Position numbers and translations under genes: made by a program. A stretch of DNA of 63,039 bases, filler included, from Choristocarpus tenellus KU-1152 (lineage: Eukaryota; Protista; Phaeophyceae): NCBI GenBank assembly GCA_964200185.2. It is 11 parts of 11 records of this genome, joined end to end, with 100 filler letters (N's around TTAATTAATTAA, not from the genome) between each part and the next. Parts side by side here need not be neighbours in the genome. Positions count along the whole stretch, not along the records: positions 20,156 to 31,242 come from CAXNAD020002516.1; positions 31,343 to 34,729 come from CAXNAD020020380.1; positions 34,830 to 39,199 come from CAXNAD020014866.1; 8 more parts are not named here. One strand, written 5' to 3'. The notes under the pieces are model-generated. The model did no database searches and was not told the origin of the DNA. It saw only the letters and a program-made list of their open reading frames with translations. Positions 25,513 through 38,120 of this stretch are shown here, one piece after another (the first letter of the stretch is position 1; the number at the start of each line of letters is the position of its first letter).

Positions 25513-28500
25513 ATGGCTCAACAAGGGGCCACCCTTCAAAATTACAACAATGAGCTAGTAAAGTGCATCGAGGACCTGAGGGAGAAGAGGGAAGAGGTGA
25601 CACAACTCAGAGAAGACGCTGGAGAAGCTATTCACGCCCACACTCCCTCCTCCGTGTTAATTTGGGATATTTGCCACCAAGTTCGCTTGGCAACACTGCT
25701 GTATCCTGTCAAATCCTGTGAGAGGGATAAGTTACTTTGAACTCGTCCTTTGCTATTGGATGGGAAGAGAATAACGCCTTAAGGCGATTATTTTTTTGCT
25801 CTGATTATGCTTAGAGAACCCAAATGATCAGTCATCTGTGTGTTACATCTTTCTGCTTTGAGACATAAAATTATTTTTTATTTCGGAGCTTGTGCAGTGT
25901 GTGTGTTGCGTGTATTTTCATCGAACACATCCCTCGTTCGTCCTGGTGCTACCCCCCAACATATCACCTACACTGAAATGGGTGGTGTGAAAAAGCGCCA
26001 GCGCCAGTTCCATTATTTTTTTGTGACTCAGCCAATTTTGCAGCAATCTCACAACATTTTTGTCTGCAGTGTGCTAAAACCGTGATCATGTTAAGAGAAT
26101 GCTGTTCATCTCTTTTACAGCGTATGGCAATGATTTCCTACCCCTTACAGGCCTTACAGAGTGTGTTGTTGTGCACCAACGGGCTTGCCAGCGCAAGATG
26201 ATTGAGGCGTTTGCTTTTCACATGCTTTTTCTTAGATTATGTGGAGTCACTTTCTGCATTTTTTTACATGAGCAAATGTACCCTCCTCAATTGTTGTGAT
26301 CTATGCACACCGTGTCTGTGAGATACCATGGCACTTGGTTGGACTTTGTTCTTGTAAATGCTTAAGGTGACATTGGTCATGCAATTCATGTCACTATTAC
26401 ATGGATTGCGTTGTGCAAAGCGATAACATGGAATATAGTGAAATTGATAGGACCATGTGATGTGATAAAAGTTTTGTGGTTCAAGTGCATACTTTTCATG
26501 GTGATTTATCAACCAACACGCTTGGATATTGTAACATAGCCCCGTTATTGCTTGCTGGTGAGCCACTGGTTCCTCCTTCATCTCTTTACATAGTCAAATG
26601 ACCGGCAAATGGCAAGGGGAACTGATGGAACACCACCTTGTGCCCCTCTGTACTTGGTAATTCGCTATATCACCACCCCTGAATTGTTAGTGCCCATTTT
26701 TTGTGAGCAATGAAAAACCTTGTATACTGTTTCAATTGCCAAAATGGTACCATGATCCTAGGTTAATCGCCAGATCTTGAAGGAAGAGGAGGAGAAGGCA
26801 AAGATACAGAAGGACCTTAGCATTTTGACGGATCGACTGAGCAAAATTAATGAGTCTTTGGCCAGGAAGGTGCAAGCAAGAAACGAGTATGATCGCACGG
26901 TTCAGGAAACAGAGGTGAGAGGGTTGTGCGGGTAACTGTGAGTAACCCCACACAAGTGCCAAAGACAGTGTTGTTGGGAATGTTGTGAGTTAGTGAAAAT
27001 AGTGTTGCCTCGGTGCAGAGACAGAAATGTTATGTGGCTTTGATTGTTGTTCACCCTTAGTTAAGTCTTTTCTTGTGCTGGTCCAGTATCAAGGGTAGAC
27101 CCTGTGTGAAATTTTAAGATTTTGAAGTTATGTTATGTTGATTGTGATTCGTCCTTAGTTGAGGCTTGGTTTATGATTGGTCTGGTGTCAAGTGTGGATC
27201 CTGTGGATACTTTTTGAGATTTTGAAGCCATTTGCGGATGTTTTGTTTTGAGTTTGTTTGGTGTGGTCTCCTTGCTCTAATTATGGAGTAATTAATTAAT
27301 GTCAATTCTTCTGAGGGGGGGGCAGGATTGATAGTATCAGGTAAGTTGTGAATGCATGGTGTCATGTTTCAAGACTGCTATACTATTTGGGAGCAAAGAT
27401 GCCAAGTGTTGAGATGCCATGCATTTTACTTGTCCTCATGAGTTGGATTTCGGTATCCCAGTATTCTGATATGACCGGCCCAATACATGTCAGCAACACT
27501 AGCAGAAAAGGTTGAAGCTCACTGGCAGGCAATCAAGCATTGAAGTAGTTGACACCTGACATATTTGATTGGAAGCGATTCAGCAACTGGCCAGACTATG
27601 AAGGAGGCATCTCATTATTTTTCTCCATTATTTGTTTTGATTTTTTGTTTTCATGGGACAAGGAGAGGAAATTACCAGATATATGTGCATTTTTTTCAAG
27701 GACTGGTCTTTGCACAGTCCCCACCTGTATTCGATTGTCTGCCTTCATCAATCCATTCCAAAAATGCTAATAATAGTGTTGATATTAACAATAAGCAGGA
27801 ATCTCTTTGCAACTGGTATTACTGAAAGCGTGGAATATCACCAGTGGAATGCTGCACATTTGGTGTTTGAGGTAATCGATCTTGGGAGTGTTTAGATGGG
27901 TTTCTGCACTAGTTAAAGCGCTCGGCTTGTCTGTTTGTGATGGATACTTACACTTGATACTTGATGGTTTGATTCGTATATCTTGGGGTGTGATGTTAGG
28001 GGTTGACATTTAATACTGACCTGCTGCTGGATTCATTTGTGTAGATATAAGATCCAGTAAATCTGTTGAGGATAATTGCCATGATTGGTTGTATGCTTGC
28101 TACAGTGCCATAATCATGAGTGCATTGATGTTCAGTGCTTGACTGGGCTTCGTCAGTCAGTCACCCTCTTGATTGCATTAATGCTGAGCAAGCACCTGGT
28201 CACGTGCAGATAACTTGCATTAGAGTGAATCACCCTGTTGTTGTGGGCAACACTTAACAGGCGTGTCTCGCGGTGGGAGATATTTTATACAGTACTCTGT
28301 ACTTAAAAGCAGAGCTTTGTACGTGTGTGTAGCACACTATCATTGAAGCACCGTGTCCCCGGCTGCTTGTTTTGAGATACCAAGATGCGGAACATAAGTT
28401 TGCCAGAGCAGGGTGCATATTGGGCTGTGCTTATTGTTTGGTAACATATTTATTATGTCTCTGTGATATTGTATTCCCAATATCCTCAGAAGTCGTTTGA

Positions 28501-29298
28501 CGTTTTGGGAAGATTGCCTCTGGGTGATAGGTCCAATGTTCTACTCTTTTCTGATGTTTGAACAGGATTGTTTTTTTGGTGGGGGCTCCTCATCTCTCTC
28601 ATAGGATGTCAAACACTAAATTCAATCAATAATGGCATTTTTAATATATTTTCACTCTCCAGCATACCTATGGTGACACCAGCAATTGTAGCAATAGCCT
28701 TGTTCAGAGTGCCTCTTTGTGAGGTCCTGCATGTGCTTCATCAGGCTTATAAATTAAGTATACATGTAAGATCTCAGTACTAGAATTTTTTTTTGTTCAA
28801 GATCACCCTAAGGTTGGTTTGTCATTTACAAGCTCAAGTTGCCACTGCATGAAAAATGAGTTCATTTCTCGGCAGTGCATGAAGTTTAAGCAGTAGAAAA
28901 TAATTGGCAATTGGTTGTCTTGTGTCTGCTTGGATGATATCTGCGGTTGGGATGGCAGTATGGTTGTATGATGGGGGTATCCCTCTTGCAGCATAGATAA
29001 TTAGTACACTGTATACACCCTAACCCTAACCCTAGTTTTTTTTATTTGCCATTCACTGCAATGCTTCCTGCCATTCAAGCTTGCTCAGCATTTAATGCGC
29101 TGCTTGCAAAGGAAGGTACTCTCTCTACTTTGTGTCCAATGTATGAAACAGATTGTCACATGGTCCCATTCACACCATGTCCCCTGTTTCCCTCCGCAGT
29201 CGGCATACATGAAGATCCTGGAGAGCTCGCAGACGTTGCTGCATGTTCTGAAGCGTGAAACAGTCAACCTGACCAAGAAAAAGCAGGCTTCAGCATGA
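25513..29298 (+). CDS. SSNA1: SSNA1/NA14/DIP13 basal-body and axonemal coiled-coil protein, 111 aa: join(25513..25596,26762..26914,29200..29298)
   Basis: [47 protein letters not shown]...[38 protein letters not shown]... carries the family-typical [13 protein letters not shown] and [13 protein letters not shown] motifs; phase-0 GT-AG introns; complete. Confidence 0.96.
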
Positions 29299-32097
29299 GA
29301 GCTTGTTCTTTTTTTGGGTCAGGCATTTCCAGGGTGCCTTGTGTTGAAATTTTACCACACCACACAAGTCCTCCAAGATTTGGAGTGTTGAGATTCCTCC
29401 TGCAGTTCCCAGATCCCCGTTCCTTCCCCAAGGCAACAACTACCCTACACATGTATACACCAGGGTAGTGTACACGCATGAAAGGCACATTGCATTTGCT
29501 ATGTTCTGCACTCCTCACTAGCTACATGTTTTGCTTCCATCAACTTGGACTTGAGTTGCTGGTACTGCTTCAGACTCAAGCAAGAGACCTATGAGAGCTA
29601 TTATTGCAGAGCCTTGGAGATTTTTTTTTGTTTTGATTCACTTGAATTTGGATTTCGCAACAATCATAAAATTGTTTTTACTAGCTGATGTTTTGACCCA
29701 TTCAGCATTTAGCATTGGCAGAGTAGCTTCAGGGCAGCTGCTGGTGCATTAGCGAATCCAGTGGAATGTATAGGCGTAAAAAGTGCAACTACTTTTGTAT
29801 TGTCTGTACAATGCATGTCTGTGGCATTGTACAGAAGGGCGTATGCTTGTGCAGCATCTTTAGGAGGGAAGGGTAGGGCACAAGATGCAAGATGAGCAGA
29901 TAGTACTGCCTGTGGCATTGTGTTTGTTGTAGTCAAGATGATGTCATACCAGACATTCACACATAGTGCGCTTGTGCACAGACAAACAATGTTCTATGAA
30001 TTGTGTTCATAGGTTATTTTAGTATGTTCAGAAGTGCTTGTTCTTTTATCCCATTTTGGGGGCATAATGTCATGCATATTTCACAGTACTGCTTGCATGC
30101 TGAAAACACTAGGGATGGACCACAAATGCTCTTGTTGAATTGCCAAAGAGCTGCGCTTTAGATATACCAAAGAGGAGAAGTAATCTGAAGATTGGAAGCT
30201 CATGGGCACCTCCAAAGAATGGTAGAAAGGAATATGAAAAGCATACATAACATTCTACTCCTTGCAATATTGAAAGGCCCTGATTCCATCTCTGGGTGGG
30301 TGGATACTACTATTGGTATTTGGATATTACTAATGTTATGGAACTACTCTGGAGTAGTTGGTAGGAATATGGCTACAGTTTTCGTTATTCTTGCTTAAAT
30401 CGGATTTTAAAAGCGTGTAAGGTTAAACCAGAGGGCAAGGGCATCTGGTGCAAAACTTGATTTTGATAGGTTCTACATGGTATGGAGTAAATATAGGTGC
30501 CTATTGAGATTGTGGGAAAAGGGTAGAAAGTACATATTGCTGGGGAAGACTGACATTTTTAGCTTTTACTAGAGGAAGCATGCAATGGTAGAGAGCAATT
30601 TTTAGACCTTTGAAAGCATTTTGCAAGTAATAAGCAAATAGAACACTGTGAAATCTGCTCATGGAAGACTCTTAAATAATGTTAATCCTTCCTATTACTG
30701 TATGAGACTAGCTTTCAAGGTCATGTTTGTTTTTTGATGTTCGGGTCACAGAAGAAGCATTGAAGTATTTTTTGCTCGTGCAGGCTCATTCTTCCATTTA
30801 TTGCTCTTCACAGGTAACTATGTCTCCATCTACCTCTTCATCTGCCTCCTTCTGCTGTTCATCGTTCTTGTCTACATCCTACTCAACCTCCAAATGTCAT
30901 CCTTAGCCCCAGAAGCAATGATGTTCTCCTTCCTCAGCTTACCCTCTTCGTCCTTCTCAGCCTTCTTCAGCTTCAGCTTCATCCAGATACATTTGGCAGC
31001 TTCGCTCAGGGCTAGCAACTCCACGTTCACCTTCTTTCCCTTCCGCGCATTTGGCCCCTTGTCCACGTTCTTTCCAAGCTTGTGCTTCCCTGTAATCCAG
31101 CCTGTCGCCAAGTCCTCATAACCCCAATCTTGATACCCCTGTGCAGGATCACTTGTATCTCACGAACGCCTTGAACTGTGTGAATCTGAGGCCATGAACA
31201 GCCGATTTCAAAAATTGAGGATGGAGCTTTTCATTGAGGATGNNNNNNNNNNNNNNNNNNNNNNNNNNNNNNNNNNNNNNNNNNNNTTAATTAATTAANN
31301 NNNNNNNNNNNNNNNNNNNNNNNNNNNNNNNNNNNNNNNNNNGGGGGGAGGGAAGCGGAGGCCCAGGGTGGAGATGATTGAGGTCATGTTGTTATCAACA
31401 TTTTGTGAAGCTGACACGTGCCAAGACTGAAATTTGAGGTTGACCGTGACCGTTCTTGACATGGCAATAGATCAGAACAGAATTCACAGTCCCTCTGTCT
31501 CTTGACTCAAAGACGACAAGAGAACTCGTGTGTAGAACTTTGAAGCTCAGCGTAGCCATAAAGTCTGACCTTCACTCTACCAGAACCGAGAAAATATACT
31601 TCTTACTTCATTTCGGAAAGGCTGTAACCAAAGCGGCGACTTTCCACGTTAGCTCCCACAGATCACCCCATCAATCCATTCGATATTGCTGCGTGGTGGT
31701 TCATGTGGCTTTGCCGGGGTCTGGTGGCGACACAAGCAAGTGTGGCATTTTGTCATGACAATGGACACCCGGTCAAATTCTGCTTGTGAGAGAGGAACGG
31801 CTTGATGACCATCTGTGTACTTTGAGTCGAACTAATTGAGAAGGTACCCGGAGTTGCAATGTAAGGATGCCGACAAACGTGTGCAAAATCTATTATTATT
31901 TTCAAGCAAGTGCACACAGTAGGAAGTTTTTTGAACCGTGTCAGAAATAAATTTGAAAACAATAGAAAAATCCATGTTCTCAGTACGGTAAGATCTTACA
32001 ACTTCATCCATAGAAAAATACGGGTGCATTGTNNNNNNNNNAATCAATTTTAAAAGAACGAAAAAAAATAAAAAATAAAAAAAAAAAAAAAAAAGGG

Positions 32098-32135
<38 letters not shown>

Positions 32136-34829
32136 TTCAAAGGTAAGAAAGAACGCCCGAAACGCGGATAATAGACGTCATATCGTCTGCCAATTATCCA
32201 CATAGATTCTTTTGGTTCGACTGGATAAGCAAGCACCTGTATGTACACCCAAGAAAGCCTCGACTCAATTCTTCTTCATAATTTCATAATCCTTGTTCTT
32301 ATACCAAGTCAGAAGGACGCAGAAAAGACAGCGGGATAGTCCACTTTGTGCTTTGACCAATTTTTTCTTACAAAAAAAATACAAAAAAGGCTCGTCGCAA
32401 CTTGATGGCAAGTGATTCAGATCTCTTTAGAGTCAGAAACAAATGAAACTAATCATAAATTACTCCTCAGGCATTAAAAACTGCTCCATCAATACTGAAC
32501 TCATTTCAAAGCAGTAATAGCACAACGTGATACTTAGACCTAAAATACAACTGGAAAATAGGCAACACAGACCAGAGATAGCTACGCCCTCAAATAATTG
32601 AAAACCGCAGTAGTCTTGCCACACCTCTTATACACCACCATTCCCTTTCCTTTGATAATACCACAATCTCCTCCTGCTCTTCATGATGCATGAATATAGC
32701 AGCAGATATATGCATACCTACACTCACCCCCCCCTTCTTACCACGATCACCATCACTACTTTGTTATTAAGGAAAATACCAGATACTATCCCACTTGCCA
32801 AACCTTTGCTCCAATACACTCAAAAACTAAATCAACTATCTATACAAGAAAATAGATACCGTTCAGAGAGTTAACTGTACTTTCCTTAGAACTTCCTCCA
32901 GATTGTTACCCAGTGAAGCTAAAAAAATACTCATGATAATTAAGAGTTGTCCCTCAAACTAGGAAAAAAAAATCCGACGTCTTACCGCTTGCCGTGTTCA
33001 CAGGTCACGACAGGGCACACCATGTCAAAACCCTTACATTTTCAGTTCCATTTCGCTGCATTATGAATACAAAATATCACAACTTCGGCACACCTTCTCC
33101 AGCACCAAAACATCCTGCTGTGTTTTCCTCTCAATCTAACGTTCACCATACTGACCGCCACACTCGAGAAGGACTTTCCTTTATTCATTTGGCTTAGAAG
33201 ACATTATTTTGTTTGTAACAATAAATGCAACCCCCCCCACAGCCCCACAGAGAACACCAACACAGATCCACATCCATCTTTTGCCATGAACCTAGATATC
33301 ATAGCACACAACCGCTGCATTCACTAGTCCACTAGTCAGCCCTTGCTGCCTTAACCCCCTCCGCTCCCAAAGAGCAGAACATCTGTCACAATCTCTCTGC
33401 GCCATGGCACAATAAACCTTACCTTGTGTCCCTCCCACCCTCTAACCTTCCCAACAAACTGCTTGGGAGTACTCTTGTGACTCAAGCGAGTCATTGTGTT
33501 TGACCATGGTAGTCACCCGTCTCCCCTTCATGGGGAGCGTATGTATGTACCTACACTACGTAACAACCTAAGCTGTACAGCCCCTCTTCTTGCACAACTA
33601 CTCTCCTATCTCTCTCCCACCCTCTCCCCCCCGAACGTAACCCCTCAACTCTATCCCTTGTATCCCCTATCAGCAGGATACTTCACCAGAAAAAAATACA
33701 AGTGCACCACTTGCAGTCTCAAGGCCCACATAAGAGCCTATCAGACCACATCCCCTCAGGTAAGTCACAACCATGTTGAACATAAACTTGGAGTCAATTC
33801 CTCTAGTTGGCAGGTGTCTGATTCTCCTCAGTGGGAGCCTCTACACTAGGAAGCTCAGCTGGTTGCTGCCCCTTGGCTGCATTGGCCTTGGCCTCACCCT
33901 CTTCAATGCCCGCCTGATAACAATCCCATTAAAATATGGCATACATGGTGTAAGTTTCATTGTTGTCTATGGGAGATGAGGTCAGATCTCTTTCTATATG
34001 GAAGTACTCAACAAGGCTAATGATTGGTGGGTTATTGGCAGGGGGAATAGTGCAGCATGTCAGCAGCATGAGCACAAGCAAGATTAGGGAGGGAAGGGAA
34101 GGGAAGATACATTAAAATAATGAACACCTTGACAGCGAGACGGCTGTCTGACAAACCGCTCTTCATTATGAAACTATCTGAAAGCAAATTTTTTCGACAA
34201 GATGAAACTACAAAAATGGCATGCGCTAACTTATTTTTATGTTGCCCATGAGTTAATCATTTCCTATTGAATAGCTGTTGCACCTTTTGTGAACTACAAC
34301 CAATTCCTCACCACAGTACAACCGGAAAGGTATCATACACATTGCAGCTGACATATAGGCTTATGGATAGGTCCACAGATAGTCAATTTACACTCTTAGA
34401 CGTGAAGCGTACCATGTCTTGTACAGTTTAAATCAAGCAAATGTCTACAGGAGTCACACATGATCTCTACCGAGTCTGCAAGACCAAAATCTCGTTACAA
34501 AGATCTTCACACTCCAAATTGCGTTAGTTCACATCAGCAACGCGTTCAGGAGGACATCTCTTCAATAACGATAATGAGGAATTGATTTACGAGCAGATAA
34601 ACCTTATCCAAAATAATAATTGTGTGCTTGAGGACAAGCTCGATTGCGTCTGAGACTACATTGGACAGGTGAGAGGAGAGAACAATTGCAAGTCACCTGG
34701 AACTCCTTTGGCACGTCCTTCAGTTCCGANNNNNNNNNNNNNNNNNNNNNNNNNNNNNNNNNNNNNNNNNNNNTTAATTAATTAANNNNNNNNNNNNNNN
34801 NNNNNNNNNNNNNNNNNNNNNNNNNNNNN

Positions 34830-36710
34830 CCTAAGTTGATGGCCTATCCTGAGACTCCTTCAAGGGCATTCTCTACTATCGTCGCAACACCCTCTTCTTG
34901 ACACTGCAATCTCCTCAGATGTTCCACCTGTGACGGCATCTCCTCCAGCCCTTATCGGGGTGAGTGAGTCAATTACCACCTCCCCCTCGGCTAGAACAAG
35001 ACGGGACACAATACTCTCTGCCATGTCTCGCACTTCAGGTAGTTGTCTTGAGTTCAGGTCAGGTATTGTCAAGAAGCTTTTCTAATTGGCTTTCGAAGTA
35101 AAAGAATCCATGATTGTTCCCACTTGTCTTCACAAATTCCAATCCAGGTCCTCCAGGAGAACGGGCTAATCACAAAGAATTTTCCCCCTTTTCCGACATA
35201 ATTCTCCCTCAAGATTGTTTCCCCGTTCGTACCACTGAGAAAAGATTAAAATCTTAACCCAGGGGCAAGCAACACATTGCACAACACGAACTTGGAAGCT
35301 TCCCCCCATTCAGTGCCAAAATTAACCATCACTGAAAATTCTAGAACCTTTCCATCCCCAACATTCACCGATCTCCCTACCACAGCTTTTGGATCCATCA
35401 GATCAGTAGGGTTACTTGTCACAAGTCCCGAACACCCACTGCCAAAGAATCTAACCAACTGGCGCCACCCTTGCTTTGTGTTCCCCACCTCCACCTCCAC
35501 TAGTCTTGGTTGCATCCCCTCTCCCCTTCACTTTTCCATTCTCCCTCTCCCATCTCGAACTTGGTCCACAATCAGTCGAGATCCTCAACCCGATCCTTGA
35601 CCAGTCCCTCCAACACCTCCAGCACGGTCAGGACAAACAGTAACCTTCGTGCCCTTCCACTCCACAAGCACAACATGCACCTGCATATGTTCCGGAACGT
35701 GATGAAACGGCACTGGGGCAAGGGGATTGAAAGTGCGACCCTCCACACAGCCAGCACCCCCCACGTCCCAAAACGCCAACCCTTTTGAAACCCTCTAGTT
35801 CCGCCTCTCAACTGGTCCCCACTCACCATCAACGCACCTCCATTACTCTCCATCCATCATTATTACTGGCCTCAATGTAAGTGGGAAGCCTTGGATACTC
35901 TTGCTTGTAGATAGAGTCTTGCTGTACGTCCTCTCCCAGTGACCTGACAAATCTCGATGACAGTTACTGATCAGTCAGAGGAAGTTACGCATGGCACTGA
36001 GCTGTTTCCTCCTCACCCGGTTCATCCTCTTGATGATTCAGTCTGGTTCCATGGTGATGACGTTGGACGGACCCTCCCCCACAGGCAAACGAAGCCAATT
36101 CAACTCCAATCTCACGGCCGCCCGCTATGTTATTCCACTCCTCCAAGTGAAATGATTCCTCAGAGCTTCAAAACCTTTGAAAGGACTGCCAAGACCACCG
36201 GGAAACTATCTTTTTTGACAAACCCATCCGAGCCCATCGCTATAGCTGTGCCACGGCCATACCTGCTTTCTCAACTTCACATTCATCTGGTCATCTCAAT
36301 TCATCAAAAAAAGTCACAACTTGACCAGCCCTGACATCATCTTCCAAGAGTAGTAGTACATCTTTCCAACCGCCCCCCCGTGGCAGCACCCCCGAAAGGG
36401 AACTATCTCTCAAACTTTGCACATCCTTCCCAATCACCATCGCCACAATAAACCTTGAACTTAGACCACAGTGGCATCAGTCGCTGCATTCTCTTCCTAG
36501 CTGGTGTCACCTTTTGGCCGCTTCTCCTAACCACCTCTTCATCTTCATCCTCATCCTCATCCTCAGACTTGACTACCTCTCCACCATCTTCAACTGGTGT
36601 TACAGGTGTAATTAATTTGTCAATACTCTGTTCTTCTCGAAGTACGCCTTCTATAACCAACAGCTGCGCCTCCATCGGGACTCCTCCGCAAATTGATTTA
36701 CTCTAGCCTC
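34830..36710 (-). mobile_element. Degenerate non-LTR retrotransposon (LINE)-like 5' region
   Basis: Fragmented, G-rich minus-strand ORFs: an acidic/basic ORF1-like piece (36403-36675) and a decayed segment resembling an AP-endonuclease N-terminus (LWSGRARR...EDLDV). The similarity is by eye only. Confidence 0.4.
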
Positions 36711-37972
36711 CAAAGCTTAGCACATTTCAATAAGCAATGCTAGCTAGCAAGTTAAAGAAACTGTTGTTTCCCAAGACTTGTGTATGTAAATGACTCGATT
36801 GATTCCTTACTGTGTAGAACAAGTTGTACATGAAGTAAGGAAGGTGAGGAGTGAATATCCAAGCCCAAAGGGGGGGGGGGGGGTCCTTCTCACCGGATCA
36901 TTCATATTCTAATAACTTGTCACTCATTCTGTATTACTTGCTACAAAATTCCTTTCCTAGGAATTTTCTTTTTGTCGTGTAATAACCCGGATAATATTCT
37001 ATATCATTAATAATATTCTCATGGTCACTCAACAAAAACATTCCCATCAATTATCCCGTTATGGAACAGCAGTCCAACAACTGGTTATTTTTCCAACAGA
37101 ATATTCTTTTACACATGAATATAAAGCATATTCTTGACACCCTCTAATTAACTATTAAATAAAAATAAAGTATTACCCCAAATAATCTCGTTCACATCTA
37201 TTACTAATAATAATACTATTATTATTCATTTTTCCTGTGTATATATATACAACAATACTTCATATTATATGGTACCAGAGTAAAGGACACTAACCTAAAA
37301 AAATTAGCATTATTCATACCTATGCATGTAATTGAATGTAGGTAAGTACTACACCAACATTCCTATGTCGCCAACTGCTGTTGCAATTCCTTATACAGGA
37401 CCAGGATCTACACAACTACAAATATTGTATCAATATAATCAATAAACTATAAACATCCAAGAAAACCGATACGGTAAACAGTACTAAAAAAAAAGAGTAC
37501 TGAATTGTACACAAACACACACACATACACACTCTCTCCAACACCTAACCCACCTATCCACTGAACTCTCACACTCACAGGCGCACATTCTTAGTCCACT
37601 CTCTATCAGCCTTCGCCTCCACAAACTACAAAACCAACAAAGAAAATGATTACCGACCAACATAAACGAAAGCACTATTCACACATTATGCACCGGAGAA
37701 GAGGTAACCTGCCAGAGAAACACAAACATCCACCACAGGTTAGCATAGGAATAGTCCCCCTTGCCCAAAGTATCTGGGGTCTGTGTGTTTGTGATGGTTG
37801 TCCATTCGGGGCTCATTTTTCCATGGCACAATTATTGGGTGATTTGGTTGCATATGCCAGATGGATAATGTAAGCGCACTTTTCCTGGTCAGGGCCCGAA
37901 TGGACACCCTGGAGAAGACCCCCCCCCCCCCCTGAAATATAATCGAAAACCAGATTTCAGTGAAAAAATATT

Positions 37973-38048
37973 TGGCGTCGATAGGGTTCGAACCATCGAC
38001 ATTCACTCAGGAACAGTTCGTCCTCGACCACTGGGTGAGAAGAACGCC
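37973..38048 (-). pseudogene. Degenerate tRNA-like unit (possibly Asn-derived)
   Basis: GGCGTT...AGTGGT...GGTTCGAACCC...GACGCCA gives a pairing acceptor stem and a B-box/T-loop. The anticodon arm is decayed (loop CTGTTCC). A T6 run follows. Confidence 0.55.
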
Positions 38049-38059
38049 TAAGAAAGGAA

Positions 38060-38120
38060 TGGAGAATGTGGGTATCGATCCTACCACTTCTTCCATGCCA
38101 AGGAAGAGCTCTACCGTTTG
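38060..38120 (-). pseudogene. 5'-truncated tRNA-Ala-like unit
   Basis: CAAACGGTAGAGC D-arm remnant; perfect stem CTTCC/GGAAG around loop TTGGCAT (GGC); Ala-type T-loop GGATCGATACC; 3' end TCTCCA. Confidence 0.6.

Noticed and set aside
25681-25694. X-box-like GTTCGCTTGGCAAC near ciliary genes
   Set aside because: Imperfect and intronic, and RFX regulation is not established outside opisthokont-related lineages; likely chance.
30800-31242. Lys/Glu-rich coding fragment
   Set aside because: Stop-interrupted, unidentifiable and cut by the contig end.
32033-32132. Long poly-A as a retrocopy tail
   Set aside because: Adjacent to an N run and likely low-quality sequence; no TSD or retroposed body identified.
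33717-33955. Possible exons with GTAAGT donors
   Set aside because: No consistent frame or recognisable product could be built.
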